The notes: generated by a model not told the origin, from the letters alone. 64,000 nt of DNA from Capsulimonadales bacterium (GCA_033762295.1 JANRLW010000064.1:32001-96000), one strand, 5' to 3'; shown: positions 10,847 through 21,053, counted from the first letter of the stretch. A program made the numbers and translations.

Positions 10847-11428
10847 ATGAAAATTGCGGGGGTGGATGAGGTCGGACGGGGACCGCTGGCCGGACCTGTG
10901 GTCGCGGCGGCGGTGATTTTGCCCGAAGATTGTGAGATTCCGGGAATGACGGACTCCAAACGGATGACGCCGGCGGCACGGGAGCGAGTCTTTGCGCGGC
11001 TGTGCGAATTGGACGTCGCAATCGGCATCGGCATGGTCGAGGCCGACGAAATCGACCGGATCAATATCCTTCAGGCGACCTATAAGGCAATGCGGCTGGC
11101 CGTCGCCGCACTCCCGATACCTCCCGATGAGGTCCTCGTCGATGGCCTGCCCGTTCCGAACCTTTATCGTGTCTGTCGAAATCTGGTCCGGGGAGATGCG
11201 CTCTGTCCGGCGATTTCCGCCGCGTCCGTCGTCGCCAAGGTCACTCGCGATCGTTTGATGACCGGTCGTTACCAGAAGGAGTTCCCGCTGTACCAATTCG
11301 CACGGCACAAGGGCTATGGCACGCCGGAGCATCTGGAAGCGTTAAGGGAGCATGGTCCCTGCATCCTCCATCGCCGCTCCTTCGCGCCGGTCGCCCAGTG
11401 CGTACTGCGGTTCGAAGAGAGTGTCTGA
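10847..11428 (+). CDS. rnhB: ribonuclease HII
   Basis: AGVDEVGRGPLAGPVVAAAV, DSK, LVDG, ISAASVVAKVTRD, HKGYGT, HRRSF. Confidence 0.96.
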   Translation: MKIAGVDEVGRGPLAGPVVAAAVILPEDCEIPGMTDSKRMTPAARERVFARLCELDVAIGIGMVEADEIDRINILQATYKAMRLAVAALPIPPDEVLVDGLPVPNLYRVCRNLVRGDALCPAISAASVVAKVTRDRLMTGRYQKEFPLYQFARHKGYGTPEHLEALREHGPCILHRRSFAPVAQCVLRFEESV

Positions 11429-11430
11429 GC

Positions 11431-11937
11431 CTACAATTCGACGGTTTTATTTTCGCCGACCGGACGACTCTCCTGCGTCAGGGTGTTCCGCACCAGAGCG
11501 ATCGTGGTCGCTACGACCCCGGACGGCGAATCCCAGTACTCGGCGCTTTCGGTTTCCACCTTCAGCAGGCAGATGTTCGGCGTTTCCAGTTCCTGGGGAA
11601 ACCATGCTTTGAAGGTGGGACGCCAGAGTTGCTCCATCTTGGCCCGGTCATGGAGGATGTGGGCGCGTCCCGAAATCGAGACATAATCCTGCTTGCTCGG
11701 ATTTGAGTAGGCGACGTTCACCCGGGAATCATGACGGATCTCCTGCGCCTTCGGGGAGTTGTCGTAGGTGAAGAAATACAGGTCGCCGTCGAAATCGACT
11801 TCCTGGGTCGCCATCGGTCGGCTGAATAACCGTCCGTCTTCGCCGACCGTGGTCAGCATGGCAATTTTCACCCCGTGAATCAGTTCGCCGACCTTTTTGA
11901 CGTTGTCCGCGCGCGTTGCGGCCAGTTCGTTCTGCAT
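11431..11937 (-). CDS. pyridoxamine 5'-phosphate oxidase-like / general stress protein 26 family
   Basis: IAMLTT...SRPMAT...LYFFT...YVSISG...WFP...AEYWDSP. Confidence 0.88.
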   Translation of the reverse strand: MQNELAATRADNVKKVGELIHGVKIAMLTTVGEDGRLFSRPMATQEVDFDGDLYFFTYDNSPKAQEIRHDSRVNVAYSNPSKQDYVSISGRAHILHDRAKMEQLWRPTFKAWFPQELETPNICLLKVETESAEYWDSPSGVVATTIALVRNTLTQESRPVGENKTVEL

Positions 11938-12026
11938 CCCTTGCCCCTCTTTCAAGCGGGGTTCGCCCGCGTGTTTCTCGAACAAGACGAGGAAACGACC
12001 GTCGGGTTCGCCAAACAAAATGTCGT

Positions 12027-12446
12027 ATGACAGGCAGGGTCAAACGGCGGGCGAGCGGCACGGGATCGGTCGGGGAGGGACTCGCGCAGGAGTTTCTGGA
12101 GCGGGCGGGGTATTGCCTGATCGACACCAATATTCGTTTCGGGTCGACCTCAGGGGTGACCGGCGAACTGGATATCGTCGCCTGGGACGGACCGACCCTC
12201 TGTTTCCTCGAGGTCAAGACGCGCCGGGCCAGCGGTCGGGAAGGTTCTCCGGCGGCGGCGGTGTCCGCGGCCAAACAGCGACAGCTCACCCGATTGGCGA
12301 CCGCGTATGCCCTGCGCTACGGTTTTCTCGGTGACGGGGAAACACCGATGCGTTTTGATGTGGTTTCGGTCACCCTTTGGCCGAATCCGGACCGTGCTCC
12401 GGTCATCCGGCTTCTTCGGGGCGCGTTCCCGGCTGCGGACGAGTAG
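12027..12446 (+). CDS. yraN: YraN (UPF0102) family protein
   Basis: G..GEGLA..FL...GY, GELDIVA, LCFLEVKTR, MRFDVV. Confidence 0.88.
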   Translation: MTGRVKRRASGTGSVGEGLAQEFLERAGYCLIDTNIRFGSTSGVTGELDIVAWDGPTLCFLEVKTRRASGREGSPAAAVSAAKQRQLTRLATAYALRYGFLGDGETPMRFDVVSVTLWPNPDRAPVIRLLRGAFPAADE

Positions 12447-12457
12447 GCCGGCCCCGG

Positions 12458-14491
12458 TCAGGCCAGAAGCTCGGCTTCGGCGGCGGCGTTTTCCCAGGCG
12501 GTCAGCGAGGCCTGTAACTCGTTCCGGAGCCGCGTGTGTTCGGCGGCGAGTGCGACCAAATCCGTCCCTTTCCCGCCGGAGGCCAGAGCCGCTTCGACGT
12601 CCGCAAGGCGTTTCTCCGCCTCGTGAACCGCCCGTTCGGCCCGGTCCGTCGCCTCCTTCGCTTTCGTCCGCGCTTTGCTCCGTTCGTGTGCGCTCATTCC
12701 GGCCAGCGCCGGGTTCGGGGCGACCGGTGGCGGGGCCGCGTTCTTGGCGGGGACGGGGGCAGGTGGCGGCGATGCCGACGCCGGTCGGACCGGTGCCGAC
12801 GCCGGTCGGACCGGTTTCGATCGGATCGTGTCCCGCCAGACCGCATAGTTCCCCTCGACGAACGCCGCGCCGCCGTCGCCGGTCAGTCCGAGCGTTTTGG
12901 TCGTCACCGCGTTCAGCAGGTATCGATCATGGCTGACAATCAACAGGGTACCGTCGTAACGGGACAGCATCTCGGTCAGCGTCTCGACCGACGGCATATC
13001 GAGGTGGTTGGTCGGCTCGTCGAGGATCAGCAGGTTGCAGGGGCGTAGCAGCATCAAGGCGAGCGCCAGTTTGTTCTTCTCGCCACCGGAAAGCATTCCG
13101 ACCGTTTTGTGAACATCGTCGCGGGAAAACAGGAAACGGCCGAGGTAGTTCCGGGCTTCGGTCTCGGTAAAGGTCGGCGCGGCGTCCGTCAGCGTCTCCA
13201 CAACCGTCCGATCGACCTCGAGGCGATCGGTCGCGTGCTGCGAGAAGTACGCCGGGCGGACATTATGCCCGAACGTGATCTCGCCCCCGGTCGGCGGTTC
13301 CTCACCCAGGATCATCCGGACCAGGGTGGTCTTTCCCGCGCCGTTCGGCCCGACGACGCCCACCCGGTCGTTGCGCTCGACGACGGCATGAAGGTCCGAG
13401 AAAAGGGTGCGTTCGCCGTATCGTTTCGACAGATCGGTCAGGCGCATCACTTCGCGTCCGATCCGGCCCGCGCCCGCCGTTTCGAACCGGGCTTTCACCG
13501 TGCGGATGTCCGTTCCGGGCGGATCGATCTTCTCCATCCGATCAATGCGTCCCTGTGTCTTGTGCCGGATATTGCTGGCGTTGGCATCTGCGCCCATGTT
13601 ACGTTTGATCAGGTCCTGAAGCCGGGAAATCTCCGCCTGCTGGATATCGTAGAGCTCCTGCTGTCGCTGCATCCGCTCCTCTTTTTGTTGTCGGAAGTGC
13701 GAATAATTGCCCTTGTAGACGGTCAGGCGTTTGTTTTCCAGTTCGGCGATGGTATCGGTCACGGCGTCCAGGAAGTAGCGGTCGTGGCTGATGAGCAGCA
13801 CCGCGCCGGGATAGGACTTGAGGAAACCTTCGAGCCATTCGGTCGCATCGATATCGAGGTGGTTGGTCGGTTCATCGAGTACGAGGAGATCGGGGCGTGT
13901 CAGAACCAGTTTGGCCAGGGCCAGCCGGGTTTGTTCGCCGCCGGAGCAGTCGCCGACGCGTTTCCGTCGCGCCTCCGGGCCGAATCCGAGCTTTTCCAGG
14001 ACGGAATCCCGTTCCTCCTCGATCGCGTATCCGCCATGCGCTTCGAAATCGTCCTGTGCGGCGGTGTAATCGGCCATCGCCTTTTCGAGGGCGGCGTCAT
14101 CGGTCGCCGTACTCATGGCATGTTCGGCGTCCTGCAGGCGTCGCTCGATGGCGCGGAGCGGCGCCAGCGCCTCGTCGATCTCCTGTTCGATCGTGTGTTC
14201 GGGATGGACGGGCGCTTCCTGGCGCAGGTAGCCCATACGCCGACCCGATGCCATGGCGATGCGCGGGTGGAGCAGTTCGTTTTTGGGGCCGACGCTGGCG
14301 TCGGGCGTCTCCTGACCGAGAAGTATCCGTATGAGCGTGGTTTTGCCGCCGCCGTTGCGACCGATCAGGCCCATCTTCTGCCCGGCGGCGAGGCTGAACT
14401 GAATATCGGTGAAAAGCAGTTCGGCACCAAAACTCTTGGCGACGTTGACGACGGTTAAAAGGCTCATACAGGTGTTCCGACTCCGAGGCAT
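12458..14491 (-). CDS. ABC-F family ATP-binding protein (Uup-like)
   Basis: Two ABC domains (GRNGGGKTT, GPNGAGKTT, LDEPTNHLD twice), no TM segments, C-terminal coiled coil. Confidence 0.93.
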   Translation of the reverse strand: MPRSRNTCMSLLTVVNVAKSFGAELLFTDIQFSLAAGQKMGLIGRNGGGKTTLIRILLGQETPDASVGPKNELLHPRIAMASGRRMGYLRQEAPVHPEHTIEQEIDEALAPLRAIERRLQDAEHAMSTATDDAALEKAMADYTAAQDDFEAHGGYAIEEERDSVLEKLGFGPEARRKRVGDCSGGEQTRLALAKLVLTRPDLLVLDEPTNHLDIDATEWLEGFLKSYPGAVLLISHDRYFLDAVTDTIAELENKRLTVYKGNYSHFRQQKEERMQRQQELYDIQQAEISRLQDLIKRNMGADANASNIRHKTQGRIDRMEKIDPPGTDIRTVKARFETAGAGRIGREVMRLTDLSKRYGERTLFSDLHAVVERNDRVGVVGPNGAGKTTLVRMILGEEPPTGGEITFGHNVRPAYFSQHATDRLEVDRTVVETLTDAAPTFTETEARNYLGRFLFSRDDVHKTVGMLSGGEKNKLALALMLLRPCNLLILDEPTNHLDMPSVETLTEMLSRYDGTLLIVSHDRYLLNAVTTKTLGLTGDGGAAFVEGNYAVWRDTIRSKPVRPASAPVRPASASPPPAPVPAKNAAPPPVAPNPALAGMSAHERSKARTKAKEATDRAERAVHEAEKRLADVEAALASGGKGTDLVALAAEHTRLRNELQASLTAWENAAAEAELLA

Positions 14492-14608
14492 TATCGCCCA
14501 AAGTCAGGCCCAAGGCAAACGGAAATCGCTCGCCACAAGAGAAAGGCCGGAGCAACCGGGGACCGAACGCCGGAGTATTCACCCCGGCGTCGCCCGCCGC
14601 CGTTGTCC

Positions 14609-15364
14609 TCACGGCTGGTTCGGGTCGAACCGGAAGGTGGTGGTCTTCTCGCCCGGTTGTCGGCTCTCCTGTGGAATCACCCCGATCCGGGCGATGTCGC
14701 GGAATTTATTCTTTGTATTGGCGTAGGCCACCTTGACGTTTCCGATCGTGCCGGACTGGGCCCAGACGATCCGCAACTCGTTTTCGCCCGGGCGCACCAG
14801 GTTGCCCACATCCAGGTTATTGTTAACCTGCACGGTCCCGACCCGCTTGCCGTTCAAATAAACGACCGCCGGGCGAATCAAGGCCGACCGGAGGATCACC
14901 TGCCGGGAAGCGGAACCGGAGACCGGGCTTTTGCCCTGCGCCTCGTCAAGGGCGGAACCGGGGAGCGTAAAGGTGAACGTACTGTCCGTCTTGCCGCCCG
15001 TCACCGGGTTGATGGCGTAGCGCAGGAGGCGGCGGAACTTCCCGGCGGTCGGGGCATGCGATATCTCGACGCTGCCCATGCGGCGGGACTGCACCGCGCG
15101 GACGGTGTTTTCGCCCGGCTTGCAGTAGGCGGTGATATCGGTCCAGTAGATGACCGGCTTGGAGTCCACCTGCTGACCGTTGACATACACGGTGATCGGG
15201 GTACCGTAGCCGCCGCTCGCCCGAAGGATAACCTGGTTGTCCCGTCGGGGTATGCGTGCCAGCGCGGCGTTGTTAAACTTGTCCTGTGCGGAGACGGCGG
15301 CAGTCGACACTACCGGAACGAAGCACAGCAATGCCACCCGTCCCGCGATATCTCGCTTCATCAA
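14609..15364 (-). CDS. secreted hypothetical protein with two internal repeat beta domains
   Basis: Signal peptide; two copies of QVILR...VY(V/L)NG...D(I/V)...(K/R)PGEN...KFR. Confidence 0.7.
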   Translation of the reverse strand: MMKRDIAGRVALLCFVPVVSTAAVSAQDKFNNAALARIPRRDNQVILRASGGYGTPITVYVNGQQVDSKPVIYWTDITAYCKPGENTVRAVQSRRMGSVEISHAPTAGKFRRLLRYAINPVTGGKTDSTFTFTLPGSALDEAQGKSPVSGSASRQVILRSALIRPAVVYLNGKRVGTVQVNNNLDVGNLVRPGENELRIVWAQSGTIGNVKVAYANTKNKFRDIARIGVIPQESRQPGEKTTTFRFDPNQP

Positions 15365-15682
15365 TGGTTCTCTCCTTTCGTCCGTTCCAGGATGTTACCG
15401 AAAAACCGGATACTCGACGGGCGGAGCGAGAACACGGTTCCGTTGACCGTTCGCCGCATGGTCGCCTCCGGGGGAGCCGATTTTCCGATATCGTTTCGAC
15501 GCACCGGCCCGTCGCACCGAAAAGGGCAGGATTCGACGAGGTCGGCGCGGAAGTGACCACCTGAACGAACGAGGCCCGTTTTTCGGCGAGTTTTTCACCG
15601 GAAAACGGGAAAACATGGGCCGTAGCCCGGTCGGACTGCCACCGGATGGACAGACCGGGTGTCGGATCGTTGGTGAAAGACG

Positions 15683-16093
15683 ATGTTTTTCATTCTTCCC
15701 GGGATTCTGTTCTGTGGTTTTCTGATGATCGCTGTCTGGTGGGCGTTCTTTCGGGCGGCGGTGCGGCATGAGCGTACCGTGAGAGAGGCGCGACGGCGCG
15801 AGGCGGCGTTCGAACGCCTGCTGGCGACCGAGGGGTTGCCGCTCTATTGCGTCGCCTGCCGTCGTGTATTCCGTGGCCCCCTGGAACCGGACGGATGCCC
15901 GGAATGTCATTTGCGCTCGTTCGTCCTGCCGGCGTATCTGAGCGAGGAACGGGGCGTGCCCGAAGCGGTACGGAACCTGCCACCGATCCCGGATCGACGG
16001 CGACCGGATCAGGAGGAACCCACCGTTCCGGAAGCCCCCATCGTCGAACCCACCCCTCTACGAAACACCTTGCCCCAGGGAAAACAACCATGA
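15683..16093 (+). CDS. membrane-anchored Zn-ribbon hypothetical protein
   Basis: N-terminal TM helix, CVAC...CPEC; ATGA overlap with next gene. Confidence 0.6.
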   Translation: MFFILPGILFCGFLMIAVWWAFFRAAVRHERTVREARRREAAFERLLATEGLPLYCVACRRVFRGPLEPDGCPECHLRSFVLPAYLSEERGVPEAVRNLPPIPDRRRPDQEEPTVPEAPIVEPTPLRNTLPQGKQP

Positions 16094-16923
16094 AAGTTTC
16101 AAAAGTCGGCTGCCTCACCGGAATCGGGGTCGGCATCGTCGGCACCGTCCTCTTCTTCGTCGTGTCGCTGGCGGCCGGAGGGCACATGCCGGGACCGACG
16201 TATATCGCTCCCGGCAACGTCGGCCTGCGGATCGACAACTATAAAGGCGTCGTCCAGGACAACCTGATGCCCTCCGGCGTCCACTTCCAGGGCATCTGGG
16301 AGACCGTCATCGAAGTGCCCACCATGCAGCGGACCCTCTCGTTCGATGGCGACGGCGCGATCGATGTCAATACGTCCTCGAATATGCTGACCGCCGACGT
16401 GACGGTGCAGTACAACGTACGCGGGGACAAAGCCCGGGCGCTCTACACCGACTATCAGGACACCTTCGCCGATCTGGCCCAGTTCGAGTCGATCAATGTC
16501 CGTCCGGCAATCAAGGAAGCGGTCAACTATGCGATGGGCGATCTCGATACCGCGGCCGCAATGACGACCGAAGGAAAGACCAAAGCGGAGGAGGAAGCGC
16601 TGGCTCGCCTCCGGAATGAATGGGGACCGCGCGGTGTCGAGTTCCATAACCTGCTGATCCGCGCCGTCGAACCGGATGCTCAGGCGAAGGCGCTTCTGTC
16701 GGCGACGACGGCCAAGATGCAGGACATCGAAAACGCCAAACTCGCCCTGAAACAGCAGGAAGTCGAAAATCAAACGCTGATCCGTACCGCGCAGGCCGAG
16801 GCACGGATCAACAACGCGCGCGACTCCTCGCTCACCGACCTGTATATTCAGGACAAGATGCTGCAGCGGGTGGATACGATCTACCTGCCGTCCGACCGGA
16901 TCATGGGGATGCTCAACAAATGA
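16090..16923 (+). CDS. SPFH/Band-7 domain protein
   Basis: TM anchor, IAPGNVGL, ADVTVQY, C-terminal AQAEA coiled coil. Confidence 0.85.
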   Translation: MKVSKVGCLTGIGVGIVGTVLFFVVSLAAGGHMPGPTYIAPGNVGLRIDNYKGVVQDNLMPSGVHFQGIWETVIEVPTMQRTLSFDGDGAIDVNTSSNMLTADVTVQYNVRGDKARALYTDYQDTFADLAQFESINVRPAIKEAVNYAMGDLDTAAAMTTEGKTKAEEEALARLRNEWGPRGVEFHNLLIRAVEPDAQAKALLSATTAKMQDIENAKLALKQQEVENQTLIRTAQAEARINNARDSSLTDLYIQDKMLQRVDTIYLPSDRIMGMLNK

Positions 16924-17864
16924 AGCCCACGACTTTCCTTACGCTGCCAGCCGACCGACGGACGCTCGGCATGGCCTTCGCCTTCTTCCTGGCGACGTTC
17001 CTTCTGTCCGGCTGCGGAACCATCGTCAAAACCGGGAATGTCGGTCTGGTTGTCAACCACTTCTCCGGAAAAGTGGACGGCAAGGTCCGTCATGCGGGCT
17101 TCAACCCGTTACCGCCGATGTCCGGATACGAGATGATCGAAATCCCGACCCACAAGCGCACCTACACGATGGTGCGGACCAGTGCGGAGGGGTCGCGTCG
17201 GGGAGATGACAGCGTTCGGGTCAATACGTCTTCCGCGAACGTCCTGAACGTCGACATCTCCGTCACCTACCACCTGGCGTTCGATCCGGCGCGTGAGGAA
17301 GGGCTGAAGAACCTGTACGATAAGTACCGCTCCCAGTTCCAGGGCCAGGGGTTCGATGCCTTCGAGGAGAACCAACTCCGTCCGCTCTTTCGGAAATTCG
17401 TTTCGAACGCCTTCGGTAAACTGACCACGGTCGAAGCGATGACCGGAGAGGGCAAGAACCGGGCTGCGAAGGATGCGCGCGATGAACTGAATCGAATGCT
17501 GAACCCGGATTCGATCATCGTGGATGAAGTCCGTATCCGGGCGATCTGGCCGGATGAAAACACGAAAAACACGCTGCGCACCCATCTGGTCGCCGAGCAG
17601 AACCTGCGACTGTCGAAGCTGAACCAGCAGTTGGCAGAACTGGTCAACGCCCGCGCGGTCTCCCGGGCGGAAGCGGAGGCGAAGGCGACCCGGATTCGCG
17701 CGGCCTCGCTGACACCTCGTCTGGTCAAGTACAAACATCTGGACGCGATCCGAATCGTCGGCGTCCCGCAGGGAGCGATCGTCAACGCCGGTGCGCCGGT
17801 CGAACGTGTTCGGCCCACCGACCTCCCCGCTTCGTCTCCCGACGCGGAAAACGGCGTCCCCTAG
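16920..17864 (+). CDS. SPFH/Band-7 domain protein (possible lipoprotein)
   Basis: LLSGC lipobox-like, VKTGNVGLVV, VDISVTY, VDEVRIRAI, AEAEAKA. Confidence 0.85.
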   Translation: MKPTTFLTLPADRRTLGMAFAFFLATFLLSGCGTIVKTGNVGLVVNHFSGKVDGKVRHAGFNPLPPMSGYEMIEIPTHKRTYTMVRTSAEGSRRGDDSVRVNTSSANVLNVDISVTYHLAFDPAREEGLKNLYDKYRSQFQGQGFDAFEENQLRPLFRKFVSNAFGKLTTVEAMTGEGKNRAAKDARDELNRMLNPDSIIVDEVRIRAIWPDENTKNTLRTHLVAEQNLRLSKLNQQLAELVNARAVSRAEAEAKATRIRAASLTPRLVKYKHLDAIRIVGVPQGAIVNAGAPVERVRPTDLPASSPDAENGVP

Positions 17865-17875
17865 GCGTCTCTCCG

Positions 17876-19285
17876 TCAGGCGCGGTCTTCGTAGAGGTCG
17901 CGCCTGGTCGGGGGAAGACCGGACGGACCTTTGCTCCCGTGTTTGGTCGCCAGAATCTGGTAGAGGCGAAGCGGCCCGTCGGCAAAATTGAAACTGACGG
18001 CGGCAAGGTAGGCGACCCACATCCGATAACGCTCCTCCCCCACAAGCGCAACCGCTTCCTCCCGACGGGCCGACAGACGCTGACACCAGTAGCGCGAGGT
18101 CAGACCGTAATGCCACCGCCAGCCCTCGACATCCTGTATCTCGAAACCGCCCGCTTCCATGCACTCCTGAACATGTCCGACATGGTCCAGTTCGGAACCG
18201 GGAAAGATATATTTAAGGATCAGCCGCTTCTCCGGGGTGATCTTACGAAAATCTTTCGAGGAGGCTTTGGCGCGACGGGTGATTCCGTGATTGAGAAAAA
18301 TACCGCGGTCCCGCAGAAGCGACGCGACCTTGCGGCAGTAGCCAGGGAGGTTGTCGATACCGACATGCTCGAACATACCGACACTGGCCACCTTATCATA
18401 GACCCCGGTGACATCCATATAGTCGCACAGTTCCACCGTGACCCGTCCTTCCAGGCCGAGGTTTCGAATCTTTGCCTGAACGAACTCATGCTGACGCTCG
18501 GAAAGGGTCACCCCATGGGCGATGACCCCGTATTTTCGGGCCGCATAACATATCAGGCCGCCCCAACCGCATCCGATGTCCAGCATTCTCTCGTCCGCCT
18601 GAAGACGTAGTTTCCGGCAGATCATTTCGATCTTATCGGTCTGCGCCTGCGCCAGCGTATTGTTCCAGTCGGTGAAATAGGCGCAGGAGTACTGCATCTC
18701 CGGATCGAGAAACAGGGCGTAAAACTCATTGCTGACATCATAATGAAACTGAATGAACTCCCGATTATTGCGGCGTGACGGATTCAATCCGGTTTCATCG
18801 TCGGCGTATCCATGTTTCAGGTCCGGTTTGTCGGGAGGCGTTAACAGCAAAACCAGGGCGTCCCGGAGAAGCACTCCGTAGCTGACGCCGCGCAGTCGTG
18901 TCTTCGATCTGCGCGAACGGGCGATATCGCCGAAGGCCATCAGGTCGCCACCATGAAAATCGAGATCGCCTGATGCATAGTGGCGCAGTAGCGTCTCGAT
19001 ATTCGGGCGACGTAGGAGCGAACCAAGGACACCCGGACCGCGGATCGAGAGGAAATAGCCGGGTTCGACCTCCGGTCCGAGCGGGACGAGGGAGCCATCC
19101 CACAAACGTACGCTGAAGCGGGCCTGAACCGCTTCCGCGACATATTCGAGGATCTTGCGAGCCGCCGCCAAACGTCGGGCATCCTGAGTATCGGGCACGA
19201 ATCCGCTCCTTCGAACGCCCTGAACGACAGCATTCGTGATACGGATTGTACCTGCATCGCCGGAGGTTTCGATACCTGCGGTCAT
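17876..19285 (-). CDS. cfa: cyclopropane-fatty-acyl-phospholipid synthase family methyltransferase
   Basis: FHYDVSNEFY, MQYSCAYF, LDIGCGWGG, SVGMFEHVG, KYIFPG. Confidence 0.92.
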   Translation of the reverse strand: MTAGIETSGDAGTIRITNAVVQGVRRSGFVPDTQDARRLAAARKILEYVAEAVQARFSVRLWDGSLVPLGPEVEPGYFLSIRGPGVLGSLLRRPNIETLLRHYASGDLDFHGGDLMAFGDIARSRRSKTRLRGVSYGVLLRDALVLLLTPPDKPDLKHGYADDETGLNPSRRNNREFIQFHYDVSNEFYALFLDPEMQYSCAYFTDWNNTLAQAQTDKIEMICRKLRLQADERMLDIGCGWGGLICYAARKYGVIAHGVTLSERQHEFVQAKIRNLGLEGRVTVELCDYMDVTGVYDKVASVGMFEHVGIDNLPGYCRKVASLLRDRGIFLNHGITRRAKASSKDFRKITPEKRLILKYIFPGSELDHVGHVQECMEAGGFEIQDVEGWRWHYGLTSRYWCQRLSARREEAVALVGEERYRMWVAYLAAVSFNFADGPLRLYQILATKHGSKGPSGLPPTRRDLYEDRA

Positions 19286-19499
19286 GCCGACCTGTCTCCG
19301 GAGCGATCCGGAAGAGCGGACCGGCGATCAGTATACGAAAAACGGGGTAAGACGGTCAAAAAACTTCCGAAGGTTTTGTCGCCGGACAGGGGCGACGGGG
19401 TTTACCGACCTTCCTGTCTCTGTGGAAGCTTTGCGGCGATCAGGTGAAAACATAACGCTGTTGCCACGATTTTATTCCTACTTTCGCCGCCATCTTACG

Positions 19500-19703
19500 G
19501 GGTCGGCAAGCACGGAACGCAGGCGGGCGGCGGTGGCGGCGAACGGAGCGAAGGTCAAGAACCCCGGCAGGAAGCCGAAGCCGCTTTCGGAGTTCGCCTG
19601 TACCTGCGGGCGCGGCGACGCACTGGAAGGACACCCGACCACTTGCCCGCGTGGTCTGAACATTTACCGGCGGCGGAAGGCGGGGAAATTGAAGACCGTG
19701 TGA
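19500..19703 (+). pseudogene. small basic protein (AAxxANG..GRxP, CxC...H...C, RRRKAGKL), copy A, start unclear or truncated
   Basis: GSASTERRRAAVAANGAKVKNPGRKPKPLSEFACTCGRGDALEGHPTTCPRGLNIYRRRKAGKLKTV*; clear homolog at 20912-21043. Confidence 0.65.
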
Positions 19704-19760
19704 AACTAAAACGCCCCGCTCATTCTGTATCGGCGGGACGCGACGGCTGTTCAGTACACA

Positions 19761-20258
19761 CTACGTTAATTCTAACTTAGAGAGGAACGTTTCAAAGTCT
19801 GGCGCTATAGTCCTGACCAATACAAACGGGTATTGCTCTGAATAAACGCTAATCACCTGCGGACTGTCGGCGTCTGTGTAGCAAAGCGCAACCCCGCCGT
19901 GTCCCTCATGGGATAGGACTACGCTACTTTTTGGATACCCCCACTGCTCTTTCAAACAATCGTTCCATAACTTGCCATTAACCACCCTGTTTATACCGTG
20001 CTGACTACAAATACCGAAAAGGGTGCTTACGGATATATACCCTTCCGTGTCCGCGTCTGGAAAACTCTCTGTGTCAGCACCTACATAGAAGCGATTGGGA
20101 TGAAGCAAGCCACCATTTCTAACTTTCAGAACAGCAGTTAGTGACTTAGGCAGGACGAAGCCAAGTTGCCGTTCCGCTTCGCTTAACATACTCGCAGTTA
20201 GCGGCGGACACGTCAAATCATCGTCTTGTATGTCCCAAAACAATTTCTGAATATCCAC
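19761..20258 (-). CDS. SMI1/KNR4 (SUKH) family immunity protein
   Basis: LSEAERQLGFVLPKS...NGG, HEGHGGVALCY, IAPDFETFLSKL; directly downstream of a toxin tip. Confidence 0.88.
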   Translation of the reverse strand: MDIQKLFWDIQDDDLTCPPLTASMLSEAERQLGFVLPKSLTAVLKVRNGGLLHPNRFYVGADTESFPDADTEGYISVSTLFGICSQHGINRVVNGKLWNDCLKEQWGYPKSSVVLSHEGHGGVALCYTDADSPQVISVYSEQYPFVLVRTIAPDFETFLSKLELT

Positions 20259-20275
20259 TAATTATCAATACACTT

Positions 20276-20911
20276 TCAGAAATCGAAAATGTGAACCTTG
20301 TCCCACAGTTGCCGGTTGTTTAACAGGTAGTTCATTTCTGCTTCTGTAATCGGCGTGTCAGTGCCAATGTTCTTCGTATTGAACAGTATGCGCTTCGCGC
20401 CCTGCGCTTCCGCCGCAAAGCCAGCCGGGTCGTTAAGGATGTTGACCGATGTTCTTCTCGGAATGCCTAATCCTGACCGTGCGCCGCCCGCTAACTTAAA
20501 CTCTTGCATGAAGCGGTTCCAAGAGTTTGTCAGAACATTCCCCTTATTCGTACCTAAAACCAAGTCATAGCCACATTGGTTGTGAACCCAAATGCCGCCG
20601 TTTGCCTTGCCGACGAAATAGGTATGGTCGCCTTCTACCTCGAAGTTGTAGACCGCGACGCCTTCGGGGTGGCTCTCGCGGGTGATGGACTTGACCACAA
20701 GGGCGGGGCCAGCGCGGACAAGCACCTTCGTTCCGATGCCTAACTGCCCCATAGCAACCATGCCCCCGCCTTCCACGAAGAACGGGTGTTCCGGCGTCCC
20801 CTTGATGGTTTCCACTACCTTACCGGTTGTTGCGTCGGCGAACTCACCTTTGACCAATTCGTAGGCGGTTCGCTTGAACGTGCGGGTCACCGTGCGAACG
20901 GTCGCCTTTCC
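20276..20911 (-). pseudogene. 5'-truncated polymorphic toxin: partial pretoxin Hint domain + C-terminal toxin tip
   Basis: TPEHPFFV, VYNFEVEGDHTYFVG...WVHN Hint end; Hint N-terminus (CF) missing, sequence joins small-gene remnant at ~20911/20912. Confidence 0.85.
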
Positions 20912-21043
20912 AAGAACGGCGGCAGACCGTGTAAGCCGCTGGAAGACTACGCCTGCACTTGCGGCGGCGACGGTCTGGAACATCGGGCGTCCTGCCCGCG
21001 TGGTCAGGCGATATACCGGCGGCGCAAAGCGGGAAAGTTATAG
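20912..21043 (+). pseudogene. small basic CxC-H-C protein remnant, copy B
   Basis: KNGGRPCKPLEDYACTCGGDGLEHRASCPRGQAIYRRRKAGKL*, homologous to copy A. Confidence 0.75.
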
Positions 21044-21053
21044 GAGCGGGCTT

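Noticed and set aside
12773..12814. 21-bp tandem duplication in the ABC-F gene
   Set aside because: In-frame PVRPASA x2 in a Pro/Ala linker; ordinary low-complexity expansion.
20276..20911. Hint domain as a self-splicing intein in a housekeeping gene
   Set aside because: Context (toxin tip plus SMI1/KNR4 immunity) indicates a pretoxin Hint, and its N-terminus is missing.
20912..20983. ORF-track start of the Hint toxin at 20983 (MFQTVAAA...)
   Set aside because: These codons are the antisense of the small-gene remnant; the toxin is truncated at ~20911.
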